Positions 23,589 to 33,954 of a stretch of DNA of 64,000 bases are shown piece by piece. The number at the start of each line of letters is the position of its first letter. Positions within the stretch are counted from its first letter, which is position 1. The DNA is taken from IMG/VR virus record IMGVR_UViG_3300001598_000036, positions 32,001-96,000 of that record. One strand, written 5' to 3'. The notes under the pieces were generated by a model. It was not told the DNA's origin. It saw nothing but the letters and a program-made list of their open reading frames with translations, and searched no databases. Source of the stretch: a virus (Duplodnaviria > Caudoviricetes). The translations under genes and the position numbers were made by a program.

Positions 23589-24014
23589 ATGACTGTACCT
23601 ACATATAAAAGATCTGTTTCTCCAGCCCAATTTATAGAAGAAACACGACAATTAAATATACGATTAGGACAAATTATTATGAATTATCCTACAAAATATA
23701 GACAAAATTATGGTGATTTTTTAATTAAATCAGCTTTAAAGGCATTACAATTACTTCAAAGCGCTAATAAAATATTTATAACTAAAGAATTACCAAAAGA
23801 ATTAAAATTAATACGTTATAAAAAAATCATAGAAGCAGAGGGGATAATAGAGAATATTTCCTCTAGCTTTTCAATTTATGCAGGCCTTCTATCTAATAAA
23901 GATGGAATTAATAGAGAGAAATTAGCTAATCAAGAAGTAGAAATAGGAACACAATGTTTTAATATTATAAATCTTCTCGATGGCTTACAAAAAAGTGATA
24001 AAAAATATCACTAA
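23589..24014 (+). CDS. avd: DGR accessory variability determinant (Avd-like)
   Basis: 141-aa basic helical protein between target gene and TR/RT, the canonical position. Confidence 0.7.
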   Translation: MTVPTYKRSVSPAQFIEETRQLNIRLGQIIMNYPTKYRQNYGDFLIKSALKALQLLQSANKIFITKELPKELKLIRYKKIIEAEGIIENISSSFSIYAGLLSNKDGINREKLANQEVEIGTQCFNIINLLDGLQKSDKKYH

Positions 24015-24031
24015 AGGTTATTTACTGCTAA

Positions 24032-24163
24032 ATCGCTAGCGTTTGGTGAGAGTGTTCTCCTTGTTCAGGGTACTCCTACGATTTCTGTTATGTCACCTAC
24101 AACGGTGACGCCTACACTATCAGTGCGAGCTATACTAGTGGCTTAGCGCCTTTCGGATGTAAA
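24032..24163 (+). repeat. DGR template-repeat position (TR), but adenine-depleted
   Basis: Non-coding third copy between avd and RT; divergent 3' end GGATGTAAA vs GGCTGTATC (IMH*/IMH-like). Confidence 0.75.
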
Positions 24164-24311
24164 ATGTAGGTAGAAGAGTAGTATATATGAAATTATACCA
24201 TTAAAAATAATTAAAAATATTTTTATATTTTACAGGAGTGAATAAACCCAGTATTTATACTAAATTAGATTCATGATTTATATTGCTTTAACGTCAATTA
24301 TAAATATACAC

Positions 24312-25343
24312 ATGATGACTCAACCAACTTTTGAAGAAGTATTTACTCCATCTCATTTAATGGAGGCCGCGCATAAATGTTGTAATAACGTTAGATGAAA
24401 ACGTTCTACACAATTATTTGAATTAAATCAATCTATTGAAATTGCTAAACTATATAAAGAATTAATGAATGGAACATATATTTCTAAAGGATTTAATAAA
24501 TTTAGTATTATTGAAAGAGGTAAAAAACGTAATATTCAAGCAGTTCATATTACTGAACGAGTTGTTCAAAAATGTTTATGTACTTATTTTTTAAGACCTC
24601 TATTAGAACCAAAATTAATTATTGCAAATGCAGCTAGTTTACCTGGAAAAGGAACTGATTATAGTATTAATAGATTAAAAAAAGATTTAATTTCACATTA
24701 TAGAAAATATGGAAGAGAAGGCGGTATTTTATTATTAGATTATAAAGATTTTTTTAATTCTATTCCTCATATAAAAATTTTAAATATGTTAAAATATATG
24801 ATAGAAGATGAAAAAATTTTTGATTTAACTTCTAATTTTGTAACTGCTTTTAAAGGAGAGAAAGGATTAGGATTAGGTAGTGAAGTATCACAAATGTTAG
24901 CCATTTATTATCCTAATATTATAGATCATTATATTAAAGAACATTTATATATTAAAGGATATGGTAGATATATGGATGATAGTTATTTAATACATCAAGA
25001 TTTAAATTATTTAAAATATTGTTACAAAAAAATTTATAATTTAAATCAAGATTTACAATTATCAATGCATAAATGTAAAATAGTTAAATTTAATCAATAT
25101 TTTACTTTTTTAAAGAAAAAGTTTTTTATAACCAAAACAGGAAAAATTATTATAAATATAAAACGTCAAAATATTACACATCATAGAAATAAATTAAAAA
25201 AATTATATAAAAAAAGAGTAAATCCTATTCATTCCCATCAAGCGTGAAAAGGATATGCTTTAAATTACAATAGTTACAATACTGTACAAAAAATGGATTT
25301 ATTATATAATAATCTATTTACAGAGGAGGGAAAAAATGACTAA
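24312..25343 (+). CDS. DGR reverse transcriptase, 343 aa (2 TGA=Trp)
   Basis: VR[W]KRS, ERGKKRNI, LLDYKDFFNSI, GLGLGSEVSQ and YGRYMDD motifs; adjacent to the repeats. Confidence 0.92.
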
Positions 25344-25515
25344 CGACGATAGATATGAAGTTATGAAAATGATTAAACAAGCAAAAGACGAACTTCGTAG
25401 AGAATTTTGAGATGAATCAAATAAAAATTGGGCTGATAAAGCCGAAACTAAAGAAAATGTTAATGATAATACTGATGCTATACTCGAACTCGCAGAAATA
25501 GTAGGAGGTAATTAA
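25336..25515 (+). CDS. Small tail-module protein (TGA=Trp)
   Basis: SD GAGGAGG; ends NTDAILELAEIVGGN, typical of the partner of CD1375-like genes. Confidence 0.6.
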
Positions 25516-25517
25516 TA

Positions 25518-25658
25518 ATGGCTAGTGCAATAGTAAAACTTTATGTAAAAAAAATAACGAGTGGTGCAATTAATGAAACAACAGGTCTTCCATGGACTAT
25601 TGAAGATGTACCAGAAAGATGGCGTGAAGAAGTTCGTAAAGAATTAGAAAATAGATAA
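25518..25658 (+). CDS. CD1375-like small protein
   Basis: LYVKKI..G...WTIEDVPERWREEV motif. Confidence 0.7.
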   Translation: MASAIVKLYVKKITSGAINETTGLPWTIEDVPERWREEVRKELENR

Positions 25659-25663
25659 TAAAT

Positions 25664-25700
25664 AAGAGAATACATTTTATATGTATTCTCTTTTTCTTTT
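25664..25700 (+). terminator. Intrinsic terminator ending the structural/DGR operon
   Basis: AAGAGAATACAT-tttat-ATGTATTCTCTT followed by T-run. Confidence 0.7.
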
Positions 25701-25708
25701 TGTAAAAT

Positions 25709-25737
25709 TTGACTTCTTCTAAAAAATCTAGTATAAT
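25709..25737 (+). promoter_or_regulatory. Sigma70/SigA-type early promoter
   Basis: TTGACT-17 nt-TATAAT. Confidence 0.75.
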
Positions 25738-25764
25738 AAATATATAAAATCAAAGGAGGAATCT

Positions 25765-26157
25765 ATGAATATCCAATTAACAAAAGTAATAAACTTTAAT
25801 GAATTTCTTACAAAAATACAATCATACGAAATGTCTATTTCTCTCGCTTATAAAATCTATTCAATGGCAGAAGAAATAGATAAAGAAAATAAATTTTATT
25901 ATGAAAAATTACAAAAAATCATAAGCGAATATGCTAAAAAAGATGACGAAGGTGAGTATCAAATGTCCGAAGACGGAACTCAAATTCTAATCAAAGAAGA
26001 ATGTATTGAACAATGCAACAAAGAAATGGAAGAATTAAATACTTGTGAAGTAGAATTAAATATCCAAAAATTACAACTCAAAGAATTAGAAGCCATACCA
26101 GAATTAAAATTAACTCTCGCAGAACTCGCAAGTATTAAAGACTTTATCGAAGAATAA
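25765..26157 (+). CDS. Hypothetical acidic protein
   Basis: ORF with SD AGGAGG and its own promoter. Confidence 0.75.
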   Translation: MNIQLTKVINFNEFLTKIQSYEMSISLAYKIYSMAEEIDKENKFYYEKLQKIISEYAKKDDEGEYQMSEDGTQILIKEECIEQCNKEMEELNTCEVELNIQKLQLKELEAIPELKLTLAELASIKDFIEE

Positions 26158-26191
26158 AAAAAGAACTCTTTTAATAAGAGTTCTTTTTTTT
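26156..26191. terminator. Bidirectional intrinsic terminator between convergent modules
   Basis: A-run AAGAACTCTT-ttaat-AAGAGTTCTT T-run. Confidence 0.8.
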
Positions 26192-27980
26192 ATTCTCATT
26201 CTACTATTTCTGGAACAGATAGAACTGATTCACTCATATATTTTCCAATACCAATAGCATCTGCGACATCTTCATTTACACTTATATCATATCACTGTTT
26301 AATTAAATATTGAGTACTTCGTTTTTTATCCACCCTTGTATTATGAGTAACAATATAATCACCTACAAGAAATAAATGTTCTGGATTATCAACTAAAAAA
26401 CAAGTCATTTCTTCTTGATAATTTAAATATTCTATATTAATAATAGGATTATATTTAAATTTATAATTATTTATTAAATTATTTTTTTTATAATCTATAG
26501 TTACTAATTCTTTTTTTATATTTGGATTTCCATATAATGATACAATATATGATATTTGTTTCCCAAATCCTCTTGGCTGTACTAATTGTATATTACTACT
26601 TAATCCTAAACTAAAAACTATTTCTTGCACTTGATAGGCTAATGTTTTACTAATAGTAGTAAAACGCATTCTTCCACCACTCGTACTTCCATCAGTATCA
26701 ATTAAACCTTGTAATATCTGTATTCTATCTTCTATACTACTAGTTAAATACATTTGAGGTATAAATTTATTTTGAGAATTAGTATTTATTAATTCAGGAA
26801 ATTCAGATAAAAAATCTTTTATTTGTACATTTTTATGACCATATTTTTTTATTATTTTTTTATCTTTATAAGAAAAATAATAAGTATAATTTAGATTACC
26901 AGATTTTTTAATATCTCAATTCATTATAGAAGCAATTTTTTTAGGAAGAAAATCGTTTTTACTACTGAATTGTAATACTCGATTTTTATCTTTTCCTAAT
27001 CTAAAACTACCATCTCCAAGCATACATCCTAATATATATGGTAATATAGGTAATTCTTTTTTAGTATACTCAACTGGATAACAATAAGGAACTAATATTT
27101 TGTATTCTTTTCTAGAAGATTTAATTCCTATATTTATTATTTCTTCACAAGTTTTAGTTTTAAATTGTCTATTTTTTTTTGCTAGTTCTCTTTGTCTTAA
27201 AGTATTAAAACTTCATAAATGATCTTTACTACAATATATAAAACGTCCATCTTTAAAAGTAATTTTTACTACATCTAATTTACCCTGCGGATAAACAGCT
27301 AGTACTTTTGTTGGTTTACCTAAAGCGTCAAATAGTATATCATTAGTAGTAATTTCTCCTACAGTTTTTCATCCATTAATAGTAGGTATTTTTGTTGAAT
27401 TTGTAATACTTCTTCCTTTAACTCCACAATGATGTCTTCATGTATTCGTAGGACATATACTATATTTATATCCCAAATCGTAGCATAATTCTAGTAGAAT
27501 ACCTTGTAGGCGCGCGAGCTTCTCAAACGTAGTAACACCAAACGACTGTTGATACTGTATACCTTCAATACCAATATAATCTGGTTTCCATGCATCAAGC
27601 ATCGATATCAATCATACTTTTACTTCATGGTCGCGCGCAACATCATCAGCTAATTGCGTTTCAAAAGTTCCATAAGTAATTAATTCATCATTATCAAAAA
27701 CAGAGTATCCTGTTATTTTAGTAGATTGATCGAGCGCAAGTATTCGTTTTGCGCCCGACTTCTTTTTCCTAATTTTTGTATTGATATCTTTATACTGATT
27801 TGATGCACAAACAGGACACTCGCGCCGAGTACGTATTTTACCTCATGTAGAATATACTCGATGTCCTTCTTCACACACAAATACTAAAGGTTCATTTAAA
27901 TTTTTATATGTTTCACTAATACACTTTCAACCATATTCTTTTAATTCTTCGTTTATTGTATCTATTGAATATTTAGCCAT
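26190..27980 (-). CDS. RuvC-like Holliday junction resolvase with N-terminal Zn ribbon and an intein (596-aa precursor; TGA=Trp)
   Basis: Frame open through TGA; C..GH...CPVC, ILALDQSTKITGYS, IGIEG, LARLQG and DVADAIGIG motifs. Confidence 0.8.
26340..27410 (-). mobile_element. Intein (357 aa) with LAGLIDADG endonuclease in the resolvase
   Basis: Starts SITNSTKIPTING[W]KTVGEI, ends FLVGDYIVTHN with +1 Thr; ILGCMLGDG and LQGLIDTDG motifs. Confidence 0.85.
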
Positions 27981-28897
27981 TAGAATTGTCCTGACGAACC
28001 GAATCCGCCACCCCTATCTCCTTCGATTTCTCCAATATTTTCTACTTCTAACCAATTGACACTTGGTACTTCGACTAAACGCATCTGCGCAATACGCTGC
28101 CCTTTTTCAATAGTATATGGTTTTCCGTGTTCGATTGATTTTACTACAATCTTTCCACTTTCTAAAAAGTCATATTGTATATCTTGAATTGGATGTTCGA
28201 TATTTTCTACAATAATACCAATTTCATCTCTATATCCAGAATCAATAAGTCCTGGTGTATTAGCAATACGAAGTTTTGTTTTTACTGATTGTCCACTGCG
28301 CGGCTGAATAAGTAAAGCATATCCTTTTGGAATCGCAGTTTTAATTCCTGTTGGAATAATTTTAGTTTCTCCTGGAAGTATTTCTACTGTTTCAGTAGCA
28401 TATAAATCCATTGCGGCGTCACCGTCGTGCGCATATGAAGGAAGTTGGATTTCTTCACTAGTTTTTTCTATTGGAATAGTAATAATTGCTTTTGCTGTTC
28501 CATCGGCTTCAAGAAAAGTATTAGTAATAATAGTCATCATTCTTTTTAAGAAATCTACTTTATTTTGTGGCATTTCATCGCTTAAATTATTATCAATTTC
28601 TTCTAATACTTCTTTTTGTAACTGCGCAAAATCTTGAGTTGTTTTTCCCATTTCTCTCATTGTTTGCTGAAGAAGAATTCTATCTGCTGGAGTATTCATA
28701 GCTTTTTCTAATTCTTCTAAAAAGAAAGGGGCGAGAATATTAAATTCATTATCTGGCATAGAAAGAATTGCGCCAATTGATTCCATTCCAAATTGGTCAT
28801 CTCCTTCCATAGTGCTAAAAATATCCATTATTTCATCAAGTTTTGTTTCTTCTACTTTTTCTTCTAAATGTTCATCTATATTAATAATATCACTCAT
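27980..28897 (-). CDS. dut: dUTPase with ~135-aa acidic N-terminal extension
   Basis: AAMDL, QPRSG, GLIDSGYRDEI, RIAQM and RGGGFGSSG motifs. Confidence 0.9.
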   Translation of the reverse strand: MSDIINIDEHLEEKVEETKLDEIMDIFSTMEGDDQFGMESIGAILSMPDNEFNILAPFFLEELEKAMNTPADRILLQQTMREMGKTTQDFAQLQKEVLEEIDNNLSDEMPQNKVDFLKRMMTIITNTFLEADGTAKAIITIPIEKTSEEIQLPSYAHDGDAAMDLYATETVEILPGETKIIPTGIKTAIPKGYALLIQPRSGQSVKTKLRIANTPGLIDSGYRDEIGIIVENIEHPIQDIQYDFLESGKIVVKSIEHGKPYTIEKGQRIAQMRLVEVPSVNWLEVENIGEIEGDRGGGFGSSGQF

Positions 28898-29160
28898 TAT
28901 TTATTTCCTCCGCATTTACATTCAGTATTTGAATGAGCTGTTGTTGTTACACTAGGATAATCTACGTAGTGAGTATATGACGGACTGGTAATAGTATAAT
29001 CTTTAGTAGTTTTAATAGGAGAATTCCATTTAATTGGAATATCTAATGTTCTTCTGCCATCGTTATATCCACCTTCATATACTTCATTAAGAATAGCTTC
29101 AAATTCTTCTTGTGAGAAATGAACTTCGCCATATTCATCTGCATAAAATACTTTAAACAT
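28897..29160 (-). CDS. Hypothetical protein
   Basis: ORF; start moved to MFKVFY (TAATG coupling). Confidence 0.6.
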   Translation of the reverse strand: MFKVFYADEYGEVHFSQEEFEAILNEVYEGGYNDGRRTLDIPIKWNSPIKTTKDYTITSPSYTHYVDYPSVTTTAHSNTECKCGGNK

Positions 29161-29381
29161 TATTCGTCTTCCTCCCAAATATCATTATGAATTTCTACAC
29201 ACTTACAAAGCCAGGCCTCTCCCACTATTTCTCCTTTTCTTTTTTTCGATTTATAAGTATAGCCAGCCGCGCCAACCATATATCCTTCTTCGTTTGCGCG
29301 AGTTCTAAAAGTTTCGCAAAAGTCTTTTGCTTCTTCTTCGCTATAAGCTCTTGATTCAATTGTTCTCTTAATCAGTTTCAT
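29160..29381 (-). CDS. Hypothetical protein
   Basis: ORF with SD in operon. Confidence 0.65.
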   Translation of the reverse strand: MKLIKRTIESRAYSEEEAKDFCETFRTRANEEGYMVGAAGYTYKSKKRKGEIVGEAWLCKCVEIHNDIWEEDE

Positions 29382-29382
29382 T

Positions 29383-29628
29383 TTATTCTCCTTTATAAAT
29401 TTTTCTAAATTTTTCTTTGTTCCATCCGAATATATTATCTAATACATATAAAGTACACTCTTGTACTGCATCTATTTCTTCTTTAGTCATATATGGAAAA
29501 CACCAGTTTTCTTCTGTTCTATGCCATTTATCTATCCAATCTTCTTGTCCTTCTTCATATTCTAAATATCTATTTAGTAAATTTTCAAAAGCGTGTTCTA
29601 CTGGACTCATTCTTTTTTCTCCAAACAA
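29383..29628 (-). CDS. Hypothetical protein
   Basis: ORF in operon; start uncertain. Confidence 0.55.
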   Translation of the reverse strand: MFGEKRMSPVEHAFENLLNRYLEYEEGQEDWIDKWHRTEENWCFPYMTKEEIDAVQECTLYVLDNIFGWNKEKFRKIYKGE

Positions 29629-30242
29629 ATTAATTCTTCTGCATAAGGTAATTCTCTAATTTTAAGACAAAATTCATACCATTCTTGAAGTTTATGTTGC
29701 TTGCGCGCGAAGTAGATATTTCTCAACGTCTGATAATTAGCAGTCCAAGTTCTCATTTGATTAAATGATTCTGGAAGCAATTGTATCATCGCGCGCCAAT
29801 AACGTTTATCTCCTGTGTTTAAATATAATTGTCTTAATTGTTCCAAATCACTTATTATCATATCCATAAATACATTTGGACTTCCGGTTGGATCGATTAA
29901 TTCTAAATCGCCATATCCATCCCAACTAAACATATCTTTTGTAATTGGTTTTTTTGTTAGTGTATGCATTGTACTTGTACTATTTGCAACTGTCGCTACT
30001 TTATACGTAGACATCTCTTTCCAAAAGTACAAACTGCTAGTGATATCCATAGTCACAAATATTTGACGCATAAATTTCGAATGGTCAGTACCGGCGCTAA
30101 TAAGTTTCTGCGCCAGTACCATATCCTTTTCACCTATATTTTCTCCATCACTATCAGAGAATCTCCAGCTATCATATGGATTTCTCATTCCTCTAATAGC
30201 GCCTTCTATATTAAATACTTTTATATTATCTATTTGAATCAT
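29607..30242 (-). CDS. ThyX-like (flavin-dependent thymidylate synthase-like) protein
   Basis: HSKFMRQI...W.EMSTYKV..VANSTSTMH...QLLPESFNQ...NYQTLRNIY..RK.HKL.EW pattern; nucleotide-metabolism cluster. Confidence 0.55.
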   Translation of the reverse strand: MIQIDNIKVFNIEGAIRGMRNPYDSWRFSDSDGENIGEKDMVLAQKLISAGTDHSKFMRQIFVTMDITSSLYFWKEMSTYKVATVANSTSTMHTLTKKPITKDMFSWDGYGDLELIDPTGSPNVFMDMIISDLEQLRQLYLNTGDKRYWRAMIQLLPESFNQMRTWTANYQTLRNIYFARKQHKLQEWYEFCLKIRELPYAEELICLEKKE

Positions 30243-30447
30243 TCTGTGCCGCCTCCTTGCCTTCTAAATATCCAGTCATATGTTCATCTTGTAGTGTTTT
30301 TTGAATATTAGACCAAATAGAAGGAAAGCAACTTGCGCAAATATATTCAAAACTTACGTCCATATCGTTTACGCCTACATCGCGTCTTAATTTTTTAATT
30401 ACTTTCTCAAAATGGGAAAGTTTTGTGCTATCTATTTTCTTATCCAT
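30226..30447 (-). CDS. Hypothetical protein
   Basis: ORF; likely start MDKK just after the nrdJ stop. Confidence 0.55.
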   Translation of the reverse strand: MDKKIDSTKLSHFEKVIKKLRRDVGVNDMDVSFEYICASCFPSIWSNIQKTLQDEHMTGYLEGKEAAQNDSNR

Positions 30448-30448
30448 A

Positions 30449-33400
30449 TTAATCACATTTACTCCATCCACAAGATTTACATATATTACATCCGCCTTCA
30501 AAAATTAATGGCGCTCCACAACTTGGACATTTTGGTTCCCATACTTTTTCATCATATACTACGGGATTTATTTTATACTTTATATCTTCTGAAAGTTTTA
30601 TTGACTTTTCTGATTTAGTAAAATTTTCTTTTGGTTTTAATTCTTTACCTTGAAAATCTTCCCACATTTCTTTAATTGCATATCCAATAGCCATTGGACA
30701 ACAAGAGCCTTTACTTGTATCTTTTTGTATTGCCGCACGTCTTGCATATGATGGACAAATTCCAGTTGACATAAGTTGGTCATATATATCTGTTACTGAT
30801 ATACCACCTCGCGCAGATAACGACATCATTCTTGAAAGTGCAATCATAAAATTGTTACAACCACCAGTAGAACCTTTACTAAGATATAATTCTACCAAAT
30901 CGCTACTATCTGCATCAAAAAAAGCAGTACAGTGAAGGGAACCGCATCCTGTCATAAGTTTACGCTTTAAACCAATAACATTATCGTGTGCTGATTTGAT
31001 TTCTCCTCTCTTAAATATATGAGTTTCACCAGAAATCATTTCGGTATATTCTTCTGTTTCTTCGGAATCTGCTACTAATATTGCCGCTCTCTTACATCCT
31101 GAACGGAAAATAGTAATTCCTTTCAATCCTTTTTCCCAAGCATACAAATATAAGTCGTATATTTCTTCAAGAGTAATTTCTTTTGGAAGATTAATAGTTG
31201 AACTGATAGCTGTATCTACGTGTCTTTGCATTATAGCTTGGATATCAATTCTATCTTTCCATTTTAAATCTGAAGAACAGACAAAAAAGTCAGGAAGTTC
31301 GAAATCTGCATCAGCATCTAATCCTAATATACTCTTATAATCAGTAATAGCTTTACTTTCTATATTATAACTATCTTTAAGGTTATCTGTATTTCTTGTA
31401 TAGTATAAACTAAACTCCGGTTCACATCCTCCAGTTACACCAAGCATCGTTCCTATCGAACCAGTCGGCGCGATACTAAGTAAGCTACAATTTCTTAATT
31501 TTCTATGTTTTAAATGTTTGATTTCCTCAGGAGTAAAATTGTCTTCAATAATCTTACTATCCCATATTGATGGATTGAATCCAGGAAATGCTCCTCTTTT
31601 TTCTGCTAAATCAGTATCATAAATTACTGCTGTTCTAAACATAAAGTCAAATAACATTTCTGTAAACTCTTTAGCTTCTTTAGAACCGTATGTTATTCCT
31701 AATTTAAATAACATATTAGCATATCCCATTACTCCAAGTCCAATATTTCTATACATCTTAGATGCTTTTTTCTGTTCTTTTAAAGCGTGTCTTTCAAGAT
31801 TTTCATCTATAATTGTATCAAGACCTTCTATTGCTATTTCTATTGCTTTTTCAAAAGAAGGGAAATCAAATTTAGCATCTGGTTGATATGGATTAATTAC
31901 GAATTCATTTAAGTTTAAACTACCAAGATTGCAACATCCATTTTTCATTAATGGTTGTTCGCCGCCGATACCACACTTAGTTTCCTAAGCCGCATTGCTG
32001 CGTTGTAGTCTGGACTATATCTTCCTTTATTCTATCGAAGAATAAAGGGTGCGCACTTATTTTGATAAAAATATTATTATATGTTTCTGAAACAAATCCT
32101 CGTTTTTGCAACCCTTTTCCTCTATATCCTAAATCCATTTTATATAATAGAGAAGGAAAATAATCATAAAAGTAAGTATAAATTAGAGATATTAATTGTT
32201 GTCCATCTTTAACAGATATTTGTATTCTGTATTGATTATTACGACATCGATTAATTATTTTTGTTTCAAAATGTTTGGTTATTTCTAATTCTTGTTTTAT
32301 TTTCAAATGTTCTTCATAAGTAAAATTATCAGTACAAAATTGTATTCTACGATTTTTTGCTCCTCCGTCAGTTCCAAGCCCTTTTTGAACTAATACGGTG
32401 GTTCCATCATCAGCATACCACATAGCGTATCCTAAATTAGTTAGTTTTTTAACTGTATTTAATGGGTAAATTTTTTTTCCATTATGATAAAATAGTTTTT
32501 CTAATTTATTAATATATGGATGCGGCCCTGCTATTAATTTATATGCTTTTTTATGATGAACACCTTTTTTATCGGTATATTCTGGTTCTTCATTAATATA
32601 AACCGCGCAATTAGGTAAATAACGTTTGATAAAATTAGCTTTAAAATCTATTAAATCTTTGGATATTTGATGAGAACAAAAACGATGATTGTGTATGTCT
32701 CCATCTCCCAATAAACACCCATAAAAAAAACTTCTTACTTCTGTATGATTAATTTTCATATTATTTTCGTTATACTATAGTATAACGCCTCCTTTTTTAT
32801 CAAATTAGTCTCTGAACGTTTTTCCTTTTCAGGAAACTTCGCTGCTGATTGCCCAATTTTTATATTTTTTAAACATTCAAGCTTATTCTTACGAATTACT
32901 TTGTAGTATATAAAACTTAAGGGGTTTCCAGCAATTCACGCACTTTTACATCCGCACTTAATTTACGGATTAGTAGTTTCAACTACATAATCTTTTACGT
33001 GTTCCATTAAATTATAATTTCTTAATTTATTTGTAAATAAACATCCTGGTTCTCCATAATCATATGCAGATTCAATCATTAATTCATATAATTTTCTAGG
33101 ACAAATCTCATATTCAATAGTATGTCCTTCATATTCCCTACAAATTGTATAAGTATCATAGGTATCATTTTTTAATGAGTTTCTAATTTTAAACATAAAA
33201 TCATTATCTATTTCAAGTGAAAAATTAGCTGCATTAAATTCTTCCAAATCAGTTTTCGCTGTAATAAACATTGATGCTTCTTTGTGAGTAATATCTAATG
33301 ACATCATTAATGCACCTTTTCGCGCCCCTCCTTGAGATACTCCTTGAGTAGTAGTATTAAATATTCTCATAAAAGGCAAAATTCCATCTGATACGTAGTC

Positions 33401-33754
33401 TTCTCCAACTTGTGTGCCAGATGGCCTAATCTTCGTAAGAGATATGCCTTGACCACCTTGCGCTTTATATGTAAGAGCAAGATTCGTATTTGTTTGCATT
33501 ATATCTTTAAGACTATCTTTTACGTATCCGCTTGAATAACAGTTAAACATTGAGCCTTGTCTATCAGTACCTCTATTTGAGAGCGCACGACCGCCAAATA
33601 AGAATTTTCTTTCTTCAATAAGCTGTCTTAATTTTTCATTACCGCCGCTAACTCTATCAAAAAATTCATCAAGCGTTTCGTTATGATACTGATATTTTTC
33701 TTTGAATATATCTTGTCCTACTTGATAATCGCCTAACCATTCTTGTAAATTCAT
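30449..33754 (-). CDS. nrdJ: Class II (B12-dependent) ribonucleotide reductase, spliced (exons 33754-32965, 31965-30449; 768 aa)
   Basis: Joining restores TNPCGEQPL; CNLGSLNL, RNIGLGVMG, IAPTGS motifs; C-terminal Zn ribbon CGWSKC. Confidence 0.9.
31966..32964 (-). mobile_element. Group I intron in nrdJ (999 nt)
   Basis: Exon ends in U with P1 AUCCGU/GCGGAU; intron ends in G; P7 GACUA/UAGUC; splits the TGC catalytic Cys codon. Confidence 0.9.
31977..32759 (-). CDS. Intron-encoded LAGLIDADG homing endonuclease
   Basis: FYGCLLGDG and AMWYADDG motifs; no in-frame TGA. Confidence 0.85.
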   Translation of the reverse strand: MKINHTEVRSFFYGCLLGDGDIHNHRFCSHQISKDLIDFKANFIKRYLPNCAVYINEEPEYTDKKGVHHKKAYKLIAGPHPYINKLEKLFYHNGKKIYPLNTVKKLTNLGYAMWYADDGTTVLVQKGLGTDGGAKNRRIQFCTDNFTYEEHLKIKQELEITKHFETKIINRCRNNQYRIQISVKDGQQLISLIYTYFYDYFPSLLYKMDLGYRGKGLQKRGFVSETYNNIFIKISAHPLFFDRIKEDIVQTTTQQCGLGN

Positions 33755-33954
33755 TAGTCCTCCTTAATTGAGTAGCAATACTTACATACTCCATCTTCAT
33801 CATAATCGTGTACACATTCTGCTCTTAATCTATCATTTTCTTCCATTAACGATTGTATTCTTTTATCTAATACAAATCCAGTAGGATCAAACAAACTTTC
33901 AATAAGTTCATTATTCATATCTATTTTTGTTTTTATTTGCATTGGTGTTAACAT
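33754..33954 (-). CDS. Hypothetical protein with C-terminal C.H...C..C
   Basis: ORF coupled to nrdJ. Confidence 0.65.
   Translation of the reverse strand: MLTPMQIKTKIDMNNELIESLFDPTGFVLDKRIQSLMEENDRLRAECVHDYDEDGVCKYCYSIKED

Noticed and set aside
22619-24163. Three ~130-nt repeats as a CRISPR array
   Set aside because: Long, codon-patterned divergence, no repeat-spacer structure, no cas genes
24312-25343. RT as group II intron, retron or Abi RT
   Set aside because: Avd, TR/VR repeats and GLGLGSEVSQ motif indicate a DGR; no maturase domain or intron domain V seen
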